From Chloroflexota bacterium (GTDB taxonomy: Bacteria; Chloroflexota; Limnocylindria; Limnocylindrales; CSP1-4), in the NCBI GenBank assembly GCA_046045415.1, contig JBJOLT010000015.1, positions 5,988 through 69,987 of the forward strand: a stretch of DNA of 64,000 nucleotides. The letters run 5' to 3'. The first letter of the stretch is position 1, and each line of letters starts with the position of its first letter. This document shows positions 8,444 through 16,925 of the stretch, in pieces. The notes below the pieces were generated by a model. The model made no database searches. It had not been told where the DNA came from and saw only the letters and a program-made list of their open reading frames with translations. A program made the position numbers and the translations under genes.

Positions 8444-9412
8444 CTAGTTGGCGCCCAGGTAGTCCGCGATGTTCGCCGGGGTCACGAGGACATACGGGAT
8501 GTCGACGTAATCCGGCACGGTCTTGCCGTTGATGAGGTCGACGGCCGCCTGGACGCCGCCGCCACCCTGGCCGCTCGCGTCCTGGAAGACGGTGACCTCG
8601 AGCTCGCCCGCCTGCATCGCGGCGAGCGCCTCGGAGGTCGCGTCGACACCGCCGACGAAGACCGTGTCGAGGAGCCCGGCCGCCTTGAGGGCGTTGATCG
8701 CGCCGAGCGCCATCTCGTCGTTGTTCGCGCAGACGACGTCACCGGCCTTGAGGATGCCCGACTGGATCCAGTTCTCGGTGATCGCCTGGCCCTTCGCGCG
8801 GTCCCAGTCGCCGGCCTGCGTCGCGGCGACCTTCATCCCGACCTTCGCCGCAACGTCGTTGCAGCCCTGGGTCCGGAGGACGGCCGCCTCGTTCGAGACC
8901 TGGCCCTGGAGGATGACGATGTCACCCTTGTTGCCGGCGAGCTTCGCGAGCTCCTCCATCTCGACCGTGCCCGCGTAGAGCGAGTCCGAGCCGACATAGG
9001 GGACCCCGGCCTGCGACGGGTTCCGGTTGACGTAGACGAGCGGGATCCCCGCCGCCTTCGCCGCATCGGTCATCGGGCCGGCGGCGCTGGTGTCGACCGG
9101 GACGACGACGATCGCGGAGACCTTCTGCGAGATGAAGTTCTCGACCTGGCTGAGCTGGGTCGCGACGTCATCCTTCGCGTCGGTGATGACGAGCTCGACG
9201 CCGAGCTCCTCCGCCTTCGCCTTCATGCCGTCCTGGACGCGGCTGAGGAACGTGTCGCTGTTCGGGAACGCGGCCCCGATCGTGATGTCGCCGCCGCCGC
9301 TCCCGCCGTCGGCGGGGGCCTCGGACTCGGTCGTGCTCCCGGAGCACGCCGCGACGACGAGCATCGCGGCCATCAGCAGGCTCGCGAGCTTCCCGGTGCG
9401 CTGGAACGCCAT
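8444..9412 (-). CDS. Sugar (inositol/ribose-type) ABC transporter substrate-binding lipoprotein
   Basis: 322 aa. It has a signal peptide with lipobox LVVAAC and a periplasmic-binding-protein type I pattern. AGAGGAGGA SD. Confidence 0.9.
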   Translation of the reverse strand: MAFQRTGKLASLLMAAMLVVAACSGSTTESEAPADGGSGGGDITIGAAFPNSDTFLSRVQDGMKAKAEELGVELVITDAKDDVATQLSQVENFISQKVSAIVVVPVDTSAAGPMTDAAKAAGIPLVYVNRNPSQAGVPYVGSDSLYAGTVEMEELAKLAGNKGDIVILQGQVSNEAAVLRTQGCNDVAAKVGMKVAATQAGDWDRAKGQAITENWIQSGILKAGDVVCANNDEMALGAINALKAAGLLDTVFVGGVDATSEALAAMQAGELEVTVFQDASGQGGGGVQAAVDLINGKTVPDYVDIPYVLVTPANIADYLGAN

Positions 9413-9496
9413 CTACGGATTCCTCCTCTGTCTCACCGATCGGCCGGTCCGTGCCCCGAGGGTCACGCGTCCCGTCGGTCGGTCATCGATTGCCGG

Positions 9497-9526
9497 ACGC
9501 TACCGAGCCGGCATCGCACGCGTCAA
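9497..9526 (-). promoter_or_regulatory. Candidate SigA-type promoter for the ABC/iol operon
   Basis: On the minus strand: TTGACG (9526..9521), an 18-nt spacer, then TAGCGT (9502..9497). It sits in a locally lower-GC 228-nt intergenic region, about 80 nt upstream of the SBP ATG. Confidence 0.35.
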
Positions 9527-9580
9527 GCGATGACGCGCGAGATGGCGACACTTTACGGTCTCCGGGCGCGCTCGTCATCA

Positions 9581-9602
9581 CCGATCCGCGACCGATCCGC
9601 GA
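9581..9602. repeat. Perfect 11-bp tandem direct repeat (CCGATCCGCGA x2) upstream of the candidate promoter
   Basis: Read directly: ccgatccgcga ccgatccgcga at 9581-9591 and 9592-9602. It could be an operator, but no regulator gene was recognised in the window. Confidence 0.5.
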
Positions 9603-9639
9603 CCGCGCCGAGTCCGACGGGCGCCGGGGGACGGGGCCC

Positions 9640-10569
9640 TCAGCGCGCCGGGAGCGGCCGACCGGGACCGAGGCCGATCCCCTCGAAGTAGACCCGGGTC
9701 CGGGTCGCGACGGGGAGCGGAGCGTCGAGCGCGCAGCCGAGCATGTCCTGCTCGACGATGCAGAAGAGGTCGCGGTCGAGCGCGGCGAGGGCGTCGAGGA
9801 CCGGCTCCATCGCCGGCTCCCCCTTCGGCGGCTCGATCATCACGCCGCGGCGGCAGGCCGGAGCGAAGCCCCACTGCTCGGCCTGGGCGCGGTCGCGGAC
9901 CGCCGGGTCCACCTGCTTGAGGTGGACGTACGCGATCCGCTCCGGGAAGTCGCGGATCAGCGCGAGGCTGTCGGCGCGGCCGTAGGCGACGTGGCCGGTG
10001 TCGAGGCAGAGGTTGACGTAGCGCGGGTCGGTCCCGTCGAGGAGGCGGACGATCTCGTCGTGCGTCTCGACATGGCTGTCCGCGTGCGAGTGGTAGACGA
10101 GCTTGAGGCCGTGCTGCTCGAGGAGGTACTTCCCGAGCTCGTCGTGGAGCGCCATCAGGTCGCGCCAGCCGTCGTCGGCGAGCGACCGGTCGATCGCCGG
10201 CTTGCCGTCGAGGTCGGTCGTCCCCTCGGGGAGGATCACGACGTACTCGGCGCCGAGCGGGAGGAGCGTCCGCGCCTCGGCGTCGCACGCCTCCTTCGCC
10301 TCCTGCCAGGCGGCACGCCCCCGCTGGAGCTTCGTCTGGACGGTCCCGCCGGTGAGCGTCAGGCCGCGCCGGCCCAGCTCCTCCTTGAGGCGGACCGGAT
10401 CGCTCGGGTTGTAGCCGTAGGGGCCGAGCTCCGTGTAGCGGTAGCCGGCCTTCGGGACCTCGTCGAGGTACTGCTCCCACGGGACCTGCTCGGGCGTGTA
10501 CGGGAACCAGACGCCCCAGGAGTCCGGGGCCGTCCCGAGGTGGAGCTTCGAGTAGTCGCGCGGGCTCAC
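9640..10569 (-). CDS. iolE: Xylose-isomerase-like TIM-barrel protein, IolE-like inosose dehydratase
   Basis: LGTAPDSWGVW, LVYHSHADSHVETHDEIVRLLDGTDPRYVNLCLDTGHVAY, VHLKQV and CIVEQD parallel B. subtilis IolE. I chose GTG at 10569 because GGAGGAGG lies 5 nt upstream. The ATG at 10617 used by the ORF track has no SD. Confidence 0.8.
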   Translation of the reverse strand: MSPRDYSKLHLGTAPDSWGVWFPYTPEQVPWEQYLDEVPKAGYRYTELGPYGYNPSDPVRLKEELGRRGLTLTGGTVQTKLQRGRAAWQEAKEACDAEARTLLPLGAEYVVILPEGTTDLDGKPAIDRSLADDGWRDLMALHDELGKYLLEQHGLKLVYHSHADSHVETHDEIVRLLDGTDPRYVNLCLDTGHVAYGRADSLALIRDFPERIAYVHLKQVDPAVRDRAQAEQWGFAPACRRGVMIEPPKGEPAMEPVLDALAALDRDLFCIVEQDMLGCALDAPLPVATRTRVYFEGIGLGPGRPLPAR

Positions 10570-10729
10570 GTGGTCCTCCTCCGTGCCGCGCCGGCGCCGC
10601 GTGAGCGCGTGGTCCATCTCGGCAACGGGACGAGACGCTATCGACCGGCCCGGCCCGTGTCAATCGCGGGGGGTCGCGCCGGGTCGGGGACGTCGTGCGG
10701 CCGCGTGGCGCGGGGCGCATCCTCTCGGC

Positions 10730-11707
10730 ATGCGCGCGCTCCCGCCCCCGCCGCTCCCGTCCAGGACCGCGTGGCTCCTCCTCGGCGGCCTCGTCGTCGT
10801 CTGGGGACTCCACTGGCCGATCGTGAAGGCGGTGCTCGGCGAGCTCCCGCCGATGACCTACGCGGCACTCCGGGTCGCGACCGCGATCCCGGCGGTCCTC
10901 CTCGTCCTCGGCGCCCGACGGGAGATCGAGCTCCCGCCGCGCGGCGACCTCCCGGTCCTCATCGTCGTCGGCCTCGGCCAGATCGCGATCGGGACGGCGA
11001 TCATGAACCTCGCCCTCCTCGTCGTCCCGGCGGGCCGCTCGTCGGTGCTCTCGTACACGACCCCGCTCTGGACCGCGCTCCTCGGCGCGGCGCTCCTCGG
11101 CCTCCGGCTCCGCCGGCGCGAGGGGCTCGGGGTCGCCGTCGGGGTCGTCGGGATGGGGCTCCTCTTCGCGGCCGGGCTGGGCGGCGGCGCGGGGACGGCG
11201 GATGCGGGCATGGGCGGGGCGGCGGGCGCCGGATCGGGCGCGGGGGTGGCTGCCGGGTCGTCCGGCCTCGTCGTCGGGAGCCTCGCGCTCGTCGCCGGGG
11301 CCGTCGTGAACGCCGGCGCGGTCCTCATGCTCCGTGCGCACCGGTGGCGGTCCACCCCGCTTCGCCTCCAGCCGTGGCAGCTCGCGATCGGCCTCGTCCC
11401 GCTCGCGATCCTCGCGGCGGTGCTCGAGGACCCGGCGACGATCGACCTCACCCCGACGCTCCTCCTCGCCGTCCTCTACAGCGGACCGCTCGCGACCGCC
11501 TTCGCGTTCTGGGCGTATCAGACGATCGCGCGGACCCTCACGCCGTCGCAGACGACGACCGGCCTCCTCGCCGTCCCGGTCGTCGGGCTCGCCTCGAGCG
11601 CGCTCTTCCTCGGCGAGCCCCTGGGTCCCGGGGACCTGGCGGGCTTCGCGACGACGCTCGCCGGGATCGCGCTCGTCGCGGGTCCGGGCCGCGTTCGCGA
11701 GCCGTGA
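10730..11707 (+). CDS. EamA/DMT-family transporter
   Basis: Two EamA-like 5-TM halves separated by a Gly-rich loop. The start is taken at the internal ATG (MRALPPP), because the upstream part of ORF 10583..11707 is Arg-rich and non-protein-like. Confidence 0.8.
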   Translation: MRALPPPPLPSRTAWLLLGGLVVVWGLHWPIVKAVLGELPPMTYAALRVATAIPAVLLVLGARREIELPPRGDLPVLIVVGLGQIAIGTAIMNLALLVVPAGRSSVLSYTTPLWTALLGAALLGLRLRRREGLGVAVGVVGMGLLFAAGLGGGAGTADAGMGGAAGAGSGAGVAAGSSGLVVGSLALVAGAVVNAGAVLMLRAHRWRSTPLRLQPWQLAIGLVPLAILAAVLEDPATIDLTPTLLLAVLYSGPLATAFAFWAYQTIARTLTPSQTTTGLLAVPVVGLASSALFLGEPLGPGDLAGFATTLAGIALVAGPGRVREP

Positions 11708-11795
11708 CGCGGGTCGTACGCTTGCCGGGGCGGCCGGCGGCCGTGCCGCGGCGGTCCTCGATGACGCTGCGGCCTGGCGGATGACGGGAGGGGCG

Positions 11796-13538
11796 ATGGG
11801 CGGAGGATCGACGCGGCTCGTCGGCGTGGCGGCGGCACCGGGGATCGCCCGCGGCGCCTGGGCCCGGATCGAGCGGCGGCCGCTCCCGCGGGGACGGACC
11901 GTCGGGCCGGGCGACGAGGCGGTGGACCGCGAGGTGGCGGCGCTCGCGGCCGCCGCGGCGGCGGCCGAGTCGGAGCTGAACGCCCTCGCGGCCCGGCTGA
12001 CCGAGGCGGGGCATGCCGACGAGGCCGGGATCTTCGCCGCGTCCGCGGCGATGGCCGCCGATCCGATGCTGATCGACGGCGCGACGGGACGGATCCGGGA
12101 CGGGCGGGTCGGCGGGGTCGACGCGATCCTCGCGGCAGGGGACGAGGTCGCCGCGATCCTCGCCGCGGTCGACGACGAGCTGATCCGGGCGCGGGCCGCC
12201 GACATCCTCGACGTCGCCGACCGGATCGCCCGCCACGTCGCCGGGCTCCCGACCGACGAGGTGACGCTCGGGGCCCCGGCGATCGTCGTCGCGGAGGACC
12301 TCCCGCCGTCGCTCACGGCGACGATCCCGAAGGATCGGCTCCTCGGGATCGCCCTCGCCGGCGGCTCGCCCACGGCGCACGCCGCCATCCTCGCCCGCGC
12401 CTACGGGATCCCCGCCGTCGTCGGCGTCCCCGGGATCCTCGATGCGGTGACGGCCGCGGGACACGCGAGCGAGGTGGCGCTCGACGGGTCGACCGGGGAG
12501 GTCCTGATCGCGCCGACCGCCGCGGAGGTCGCCGAGCTGGACCGGCGCGCCGCCCGCCTCTCCGCCGACCGGGACCGCGACCTGGCCGAGGCGGCCCTGC
12601 CGTCGGCGACCCGCGACGGGACGCCGGTCGCGCTCCTCGCGAACATCGGGACCCCGGACGAGGCCGAGCGGGCGATCGCCCTCGGCGCGCGGGGCGTGGG
12701 TCTCTTCCGGACCGAGTTCCTCTTCCTCGAGCGGCCGGTCGCGCCGACGGAGGACGAGCAACTGGCCGCCTACCGTCGCGTCGTCGAGCGCTTCGCGGGC
12801 GACCCGGTGACGATCCGGCTCCTCGACGTCGGGGGCGACAAGCCGCTCCCCTACCTCCCGATCCCGCGGGAGGAGAACCCGTTCCTCGGCGTCCGCGGGC
12901 TCCGGCTCGCCGTCGACCGCCCGGAGGTCTTCCTCACCCAGCTTCGCGCCTGCATGCGGGCCGCGGCCGCCGGCCCGGTGAAGGTGATGGCGCCGATGAT
13001 CGCCGACCACGACGACGTCGGCCTCCTCGTCGAGCTCACGGCGCGCGCGCGGGCCGACCTCGCGGCCGCGGGCGTCGACCACGGCGAGATCTCGCTCGGC
13101 GTCATGCTCGAGGTCCCGTCGGCGATCCTCACCGCGGACACCTGGCTCGGGGAGGTCGCGTTCGCCAGCCTCGGCACGAACGACCTGACGCAGTACGCGC
13201 TCGCGATCGACCGCGGGAACCCCGCCGTCGAGCGCTACCGCGACTCGCTCCATCCCGCCGTCCTCCGGCTCGTCGCGCTCTCGGTGGAGAGCGCGCGGCG
13301 GACCGGGGCCGAGCTCTCCGTCTGCGGGGAGATGGCCGGCGATCCGGTCGCGGCGCTCGCCCTCGTCGGCCTCGGGATCCGCTCGCTCAGCATGGGAGCG
13401 ACGAGTCTCCCGGCCGTCCGGCGCGCGATCCGCGGGAGCGACCTCGCGACGCTCGAGGCGGCCGCGGCGGCGGCGCTCGTCGACGACTCGGCGCGCGCGG
13501 TGCGGGAGCGCTTCGCGGCACTCCTCGGCTCCGCCTGA
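11796..13538 (+). CDS. ptsI: Phosphoenolpyruvate-protein phosphotransferase (PTS enzyme I)
   Basis: 580 aa. It has the phospho-His motif GGSPTAHAAILARAYGIPAV, plus GLFRTEFLF and the catalytic Cys CGEMAGDP. ATG at 11796 follows GGGAGGGG. An alternative ATG lies at 11781. Confidence 0.85.
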   Translation: MGGGSTRLVGVAAAPGIARGAWARIERRPLPRGRTVGPGDEAVDREVAALAAAAAAAESELNALAARLTEAGHADEAGIFAASAAMAADPMLIDGATGRIRDGRVGGVDAILAAGDEVAAILAAVDDELIRARAADILDVADRIARHVAGLPTDEVTLGAPAIVVAEDLPPSLTATIPKDRLLGIALAGGSPTAHAAILARAYGIPAVVGVPGILDAVTAAGHASEVALDGSTGEVLIAPTAAEVAELDRRAARLSADRDRDLAEAALPSATRDGTPVALLANIGTPDEAERAIALGARGVGLFRTEFLFLERPVAPTEDEQLAAYRRVVERFAGDPVTIRLLDVGGDKPLPYLPIPREENPFLGVRGLRLAVDRPEVFLTQLRACMRAAAAGPVKVMAPMIADHDDVGLLVELTARARADLAAAGVDHGEISLGVMLEVPSAILTADTWLGEVAFASLGTNDLTQYALAIDRGNPAVERYRDSLHPAVLRLVALSVESARRTGAELSVCGEMAGDPVAALALVGLGIRSLSMGATSLPAVRRAIRGSDLATLEAAAAAALVDDSARAVRERFAALLGSA

Positions 13539-13601
13539 GCGCGAACGGGACCGGCCGCTCCGCGCCGGGTCCCGGATCCGGAGCCCGCGGGGCCAGGCGC
13601 G

Positions 13602-14102
13602 TCAGGCGGGGACGGCTCCCTCGAGGACGAGGAGCGCCGTCTTCCGATCGAGCCCGCCGCCGAACCCGGTGAGGCTCCCGTCCGAGCCGACGACCCGGTG
13701 GCACGGGACGACGATCGAGAGCGGGTTCCGCCCGACGGCGCCGCCGACGGCCCTGCCCGCACCGGGCCGGCAGATCCGCGCGGCGATCTCGCCGTACGTC
13801 GTCGTCGTGCCGTACGGGATCGACCGGAGCGCCTCCCAGACGGCGAGCTGGAACGGGGTCCCCGCTGGGTCGAGGTCGAGGTCGAACGAGCGGCGGCGAC
13901 CGGCGAAATACTCGTCGAGCTGGCGGCCCACCGCGGCGAACGCGTCGGGCGCCTCGCGCCACCCGTCGGTCTCCCCCGGCCCGAACCGGGCACCCTCCAT
14001 GTGGATCGCGGAGAGCCGGACCCCCCGCCCCCCGGGTCCCGCGGGCTCGCCGACGAGGAGGAGCGGGCCGATCGGGCTCGGATGACGGGCGTGGATCTGC
14101 AT
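13602..14102 (-). CDS. ogt: Methylated-DNA--protein-cysteine methyltransferase
   Basis: 166 aa with PCHRVV, YGEIA and FQLAVWEAL. ATG at 14102 follows GAGGAGG. The remainder of ORF 13602..14588 is a spurious extension. Confidence 0.9.
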   Translation of the reverse strand: MQIHARHPSPIGPLLLVGEPAGPGGRGVRLSAIHMEGARFGPGETDGWREAPDAFAAVGRQLDEYFAGRRRSFDLDLDPAGTPFQLAVWEALRSIPYGTTTTYGEIAARICRPGAGRAVGGAVGRNPLSIVVPCHRVVGSDGSLTGFGGGLDRKTALLVLEGAVPA

Positions 14103-14336
14103 CTCTCGGCCTCCTCGGGTCGACGGGGCGGGGCGGTGGCGCGGGACGGTCGATGACGACGGTCCGGGGAGGATGCCACGGGTGCGATGCCCTCGTCCGT
14201 TACGGCCGGTGGCGCCCGTTCTGGTGAATCCGGTGCGGGGCGGAAACGTTCGGCTCGACTCCCCCCTTTCCGCCGCGTGCGGGGCGGGGCATCCTCGGCG
14301 GGCGGTGTCCCGTCCGGTCGCCGCGGAGGAGGGAAT

Positions 14337-14654
14337 ATGGACCCGGAGTACATCCCCGGGGGACGGTGGGTGCGGGTGCTCGCTGCCGACGGAACGATCG
14401 TCGAGCCGCGGGGCCGCTGGCACCTGGCGACCGAGGACCCGTCGACCGAGCTCGACGACACCCCCCGACGGGCCGAGCTCGTCTGCGGGCGGGAACTGCG
14501 CGCGACCCGTGCGCGCGGCGAGGAGCTCGCCTTCGTGGCGACCCTGCCGCTCGCGAACCTGTGCGTCGCCTGTCACCGCGAGTGGCACCGCGAGCAGCTG
14601 ATGGCGCTCCGCGCCTCGAAGTCGAAGGGGTCGGCCGCGTTCCTCCCCGCCTGA
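14337..14654 (+). CDS. Hypothetical small protein (105 aa) with a Cys/His cluster
   Basis: ATG at 14337 follows GGAGGAGGG. The composition is protein-like (MDPEYIPGGRWVRVLAADGTIVEPRGRWHLATED..NLCVACHREWHREQL). No family recognised. Confidence 0.5.
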   Translation: MDPEYIPGGRWVRVLAADGTIVEPRGRWHLATEDPSTELDDTPRRAELVCGRELRATRARGEELAFVATLPLANLCVACHREWHREQLMALRASKSKGSAAFLPA

Positions 14655-14717
14655 CGGAGCCCGGCCGGCGGACCGCGCCGGCCGATCGGTCCCGCAGCGT
14701 GCGTCGACCGCGGCGTC

Positions 14718-14794
14718 TGGTCGGGGCGGCCGGATTCGAACCGGCGATCTCGTGCTCCCAAAGCACGCGCGTTGCCAGACTACGCCACGCCCCG
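14718..14794 (-). tRNA. tRNA-Pro (anticodon UGG), with encoded CCA
   Basis: Cloverleaf folded by hand: acceptor CGGGGCG/CGCCCCG, D-stem GCGT/ACGC, anticodon stem CGTGC/GCACG with loop TTTGGGA, T-arm GCCGG-TTCGAAT-CCGGC, discriminator A plus CCA. 77 nt. Confidence 0.9.
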
Positions 14795-14805
14795 ACGGGC
14801 GAAGA

Positions 14806-15501
14806 CTACTCGACCGGTCGCGCCCGTCCCCGGCGCCGCCGGACGAGCCAGACGGCCGCGAGCCCGACTGCCGCGACGAGCGCCGCGAGGACGAGCCGCT
14901 CGACGGGCTTGAGGACGTCGACGATCCCCTCCCACGCGGCGCCGAGGGCGACGCCCGCCCCGACGAGGAGGATCACCCACGGGAGCGACCCGATCGCCGT
15001 GTAGACGACGAACGGGAGCCGCGGCATCCGGGCGATCCCCGCGGCGAAGCTGACGAGCGAGCGGATCACCGGGAAGACCCGTCCGACGAGCGCGGCCTTC
15101 CTGCCGTGGGCGGCGAAGAAGCGCTCCGCGGCGGCGAGATCGTCGGGCGAGAGGAGGAGGAAGCGGCCGTACCGGAGGAGGAGCGGCCGCCCGCCGCGCG
15201 CGCCGATCTCGTAGGCGATGACGGCGCCGACGACCGAGCCGATGTCGCCCGCGATGACGATCGCGACCGGGTTCCAGCGGGCCCCGGTGAGCGGCTCGAT
15301 CGCGGTCGGGTCGGAGACGAGGAAGCCCGCGAACGGGAGGATCAGCTCGGACGGGAGCGGGACGACGACGCTCTCGACCGCGACCATGACGGCGACCCCG
15401 ACGTAGCCGATGACGCCGTAGATCGTGACGACGGCCTCGCGTACCGGGCCGTCGAGGAAGTCGAACACGCGGCGGGTCTCCCGGTCGGGCGGCCGGTGCA
15501 C
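14806..15501 (-). CDS. DedA-family membrane protein
   Basis: 231 aa. It has the SNARE-associated/DedA pattern (ESVVVPLPSELILPFAGFL, GRVFPVIRSLVSFAAGIARM). Exact GTG start uncertain. Confidence 0.85.
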   Translation of the reverse strand: MHRPPDRETRRVFDFLDGPVREAVVTIYGVIGYVGVAVMVAVESVVVPLPSELILPFAGFLVSDPTAIEPLTGARWNPVAIVIAGDIGSVVGAVIAYEIGARGGRPLLLRYGRFLLLSPDDLAAAERFFAAHGRKAALVGRVFPVIRSLVSFAAGIARMPRLPFVVYTAIGSLPWVILLVGAGVALGAAWEGIVDVLKPVERLVLAALVAAVGLAAVWLVRRRRGRARPVE

Positions 15502-15543
15502 GGCTCCTGCCGCGCGACGGACGCCTGAGGATTCTCCCCGATT

Positions 15544-16195
15544 TCAGAACCCGAGGCGGGCGAGCCGCGGCGCCATCCGGCGCGCCGCCCCCGCCCGGTG
15601 GCTGATCGCGTGCTTCTCCGCGGCCGATCGCTCGCCGAGCGTCCGCCCGTCGGCCGGGTCGGCGAGCGGGACGAAGATCGGGTCGTAGCCGAAGCCGCCG
15701 TCGCCACGCGGGCCGGCGGCGATCCGGCCGCGGCAGGTCCCGCGGACGAGCATGACGGGGATCCCGCCCCGCGGCCCGGCGGCGTCCGGGAGCGCGAGCG
15801 CGAGGACGCAGACGTAGCGGGCGCCACGGCGCTCCGGCGGGAGGCCGGCGAGCGCGCCGAGCAGCTTCTCGTTGTTCGCCCGGTCGGTCGCGTCCGGCCC
15901 GGCGTACCGCTTCGTCCGGACGCCCGGCCCGCCGCCGAGCGCGTCGACCTCGAGTCCCGAGTCGTCGGCGAGCGTCGGGAGGCCGGAGCGGCGCGCATAG
16001 GCGCGGGCCTTGAGCGCCGCGTTCGCGGCGAACGTCTCGCCGGGCTCGTCGACCTCGTCGGGGATCCCGAGATCGTCGAGGTCCACGAGTTCCGCCCGCG
16101 TGACGTGGAGGAGCTCGCGGAGCTCGCGGAGCTTGTGGTGCGAGCGGGTCGCGACGAGGAGGCGCGGCCGGGCGCCCCGGGCGGGCCCGCTCAGC
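15544..16195 (-). CDS. rdgB: dITP/XTP pyrophosphatase (RdgB/HAM1). Start uncertain, probably CTG at 16195.
   Basis: This is the C-terminal part of ORF 15544..17535. It contains [37 protein letters not shown] and SHR. There is no in-frame ATG/GTG/TTG for more than 30 codons upstream of LLVATRS. Confidence 0.85.
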
Positions 16196-16925
16196 GGCGG
16201 ATCCCGGCGATCGTCTCCGCCTGGGCGGCGAACAGCGTCGCGAGCCCGTCGTTCGCGAGGTCGAGCAGCGTATCGACGGCCGGCCGGTCGAACGGCTTCC
16301 CCTCCGCGGTCCCCTGAAGCTCGACGTACGTCCCCGCATCCGTCCCGACGACGTTGAAGTCGACGTCGGCCCGCGAGTCCTCGGAGTAGTCGAGGTCGAG
16401 GTACGGGACGCCGTCGACGAGCCCGACGCTCACCGCGGCGACGTGGCCGACGATCGTCCGCTCGAAGCCGCCGGCGATGAGCGCGGCGGCGAGCGCGACG
16501 TAGCCGCCGGTGATCGAGGCGGTCCGCGTCCCGCCGTCCGCCTGGAGGACGTCGCAGTCCACCGTCACCGTCCGCTCGCCGAGCTTCGCGAGGTCGATGA
16601 CGCCGCGGAGCGAGCGCGCGATGAGCCGCTGGATCTCGTGGGTCCGGCCGCCGAGCCGACCCTTCACGGACTCGCGCGGGCTCCGCTCCGCGGTCGCGCG
16701 GGGGAGCATCGCGTACTCGGCGGTGACCCAGCCGGTCCCCTTGCCGCGAAGGTGCGGCGGGATCCGCTCCTCGATCGTCGCGGCGCAGAGGACGCGCGTC
16801 CCCCCGAACGAGATGATGCACGAGCCCTCGGCCCACTTCTGGACCCCGAGCTCGATCGAGACGGGGCGGAGCTGGTGCGGCTGGCGTCCGTCCTCGCGGA
16901 TCCGGGCGCCGTTCCCGATCGTCAT
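16191..16925 (-). CDS. rph: Ribonuclease PH
   Basis: 244 aa with [22 protein letters not shown] and [21 protein letters not shown] at 16925 follows GAGGAGG and overlaps the mazG stop (ATGA). Confidence 0.9.
   Translation of the reverse strand: MTIGNGARIREDGRQPHQLRPVSIELGVQKWAEGSCIISFGGTRVLCAATIEERIPPHLRGKGTGWVTAEYAMLPRATAERSPRESVKGRLGGRTHEIQRLIARSLRGVIDLAKLGERTVTVDCDVLQADGGTRTASITGGYVALAAALIAGGFERTIVGHVAAVSVGLVDGVPYLDLDYSEDSRADVDFNVVGTDAGTYVELQGTAEGKPFDRPAVDTLLDLANDGLATLFAAQAETIAGIRR

Noticed and set aside
14102-14806. tRNA-Pro as an integration site for a genomic island or prophage
   Set aside because: No integrase, excisionase or phage-like gene lies on either side. I found no direct repeat of the tRNA 3' end by eye. 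The flanking genes (ogt, dedA, rdgB) are housekeeping genes with uniform GC.
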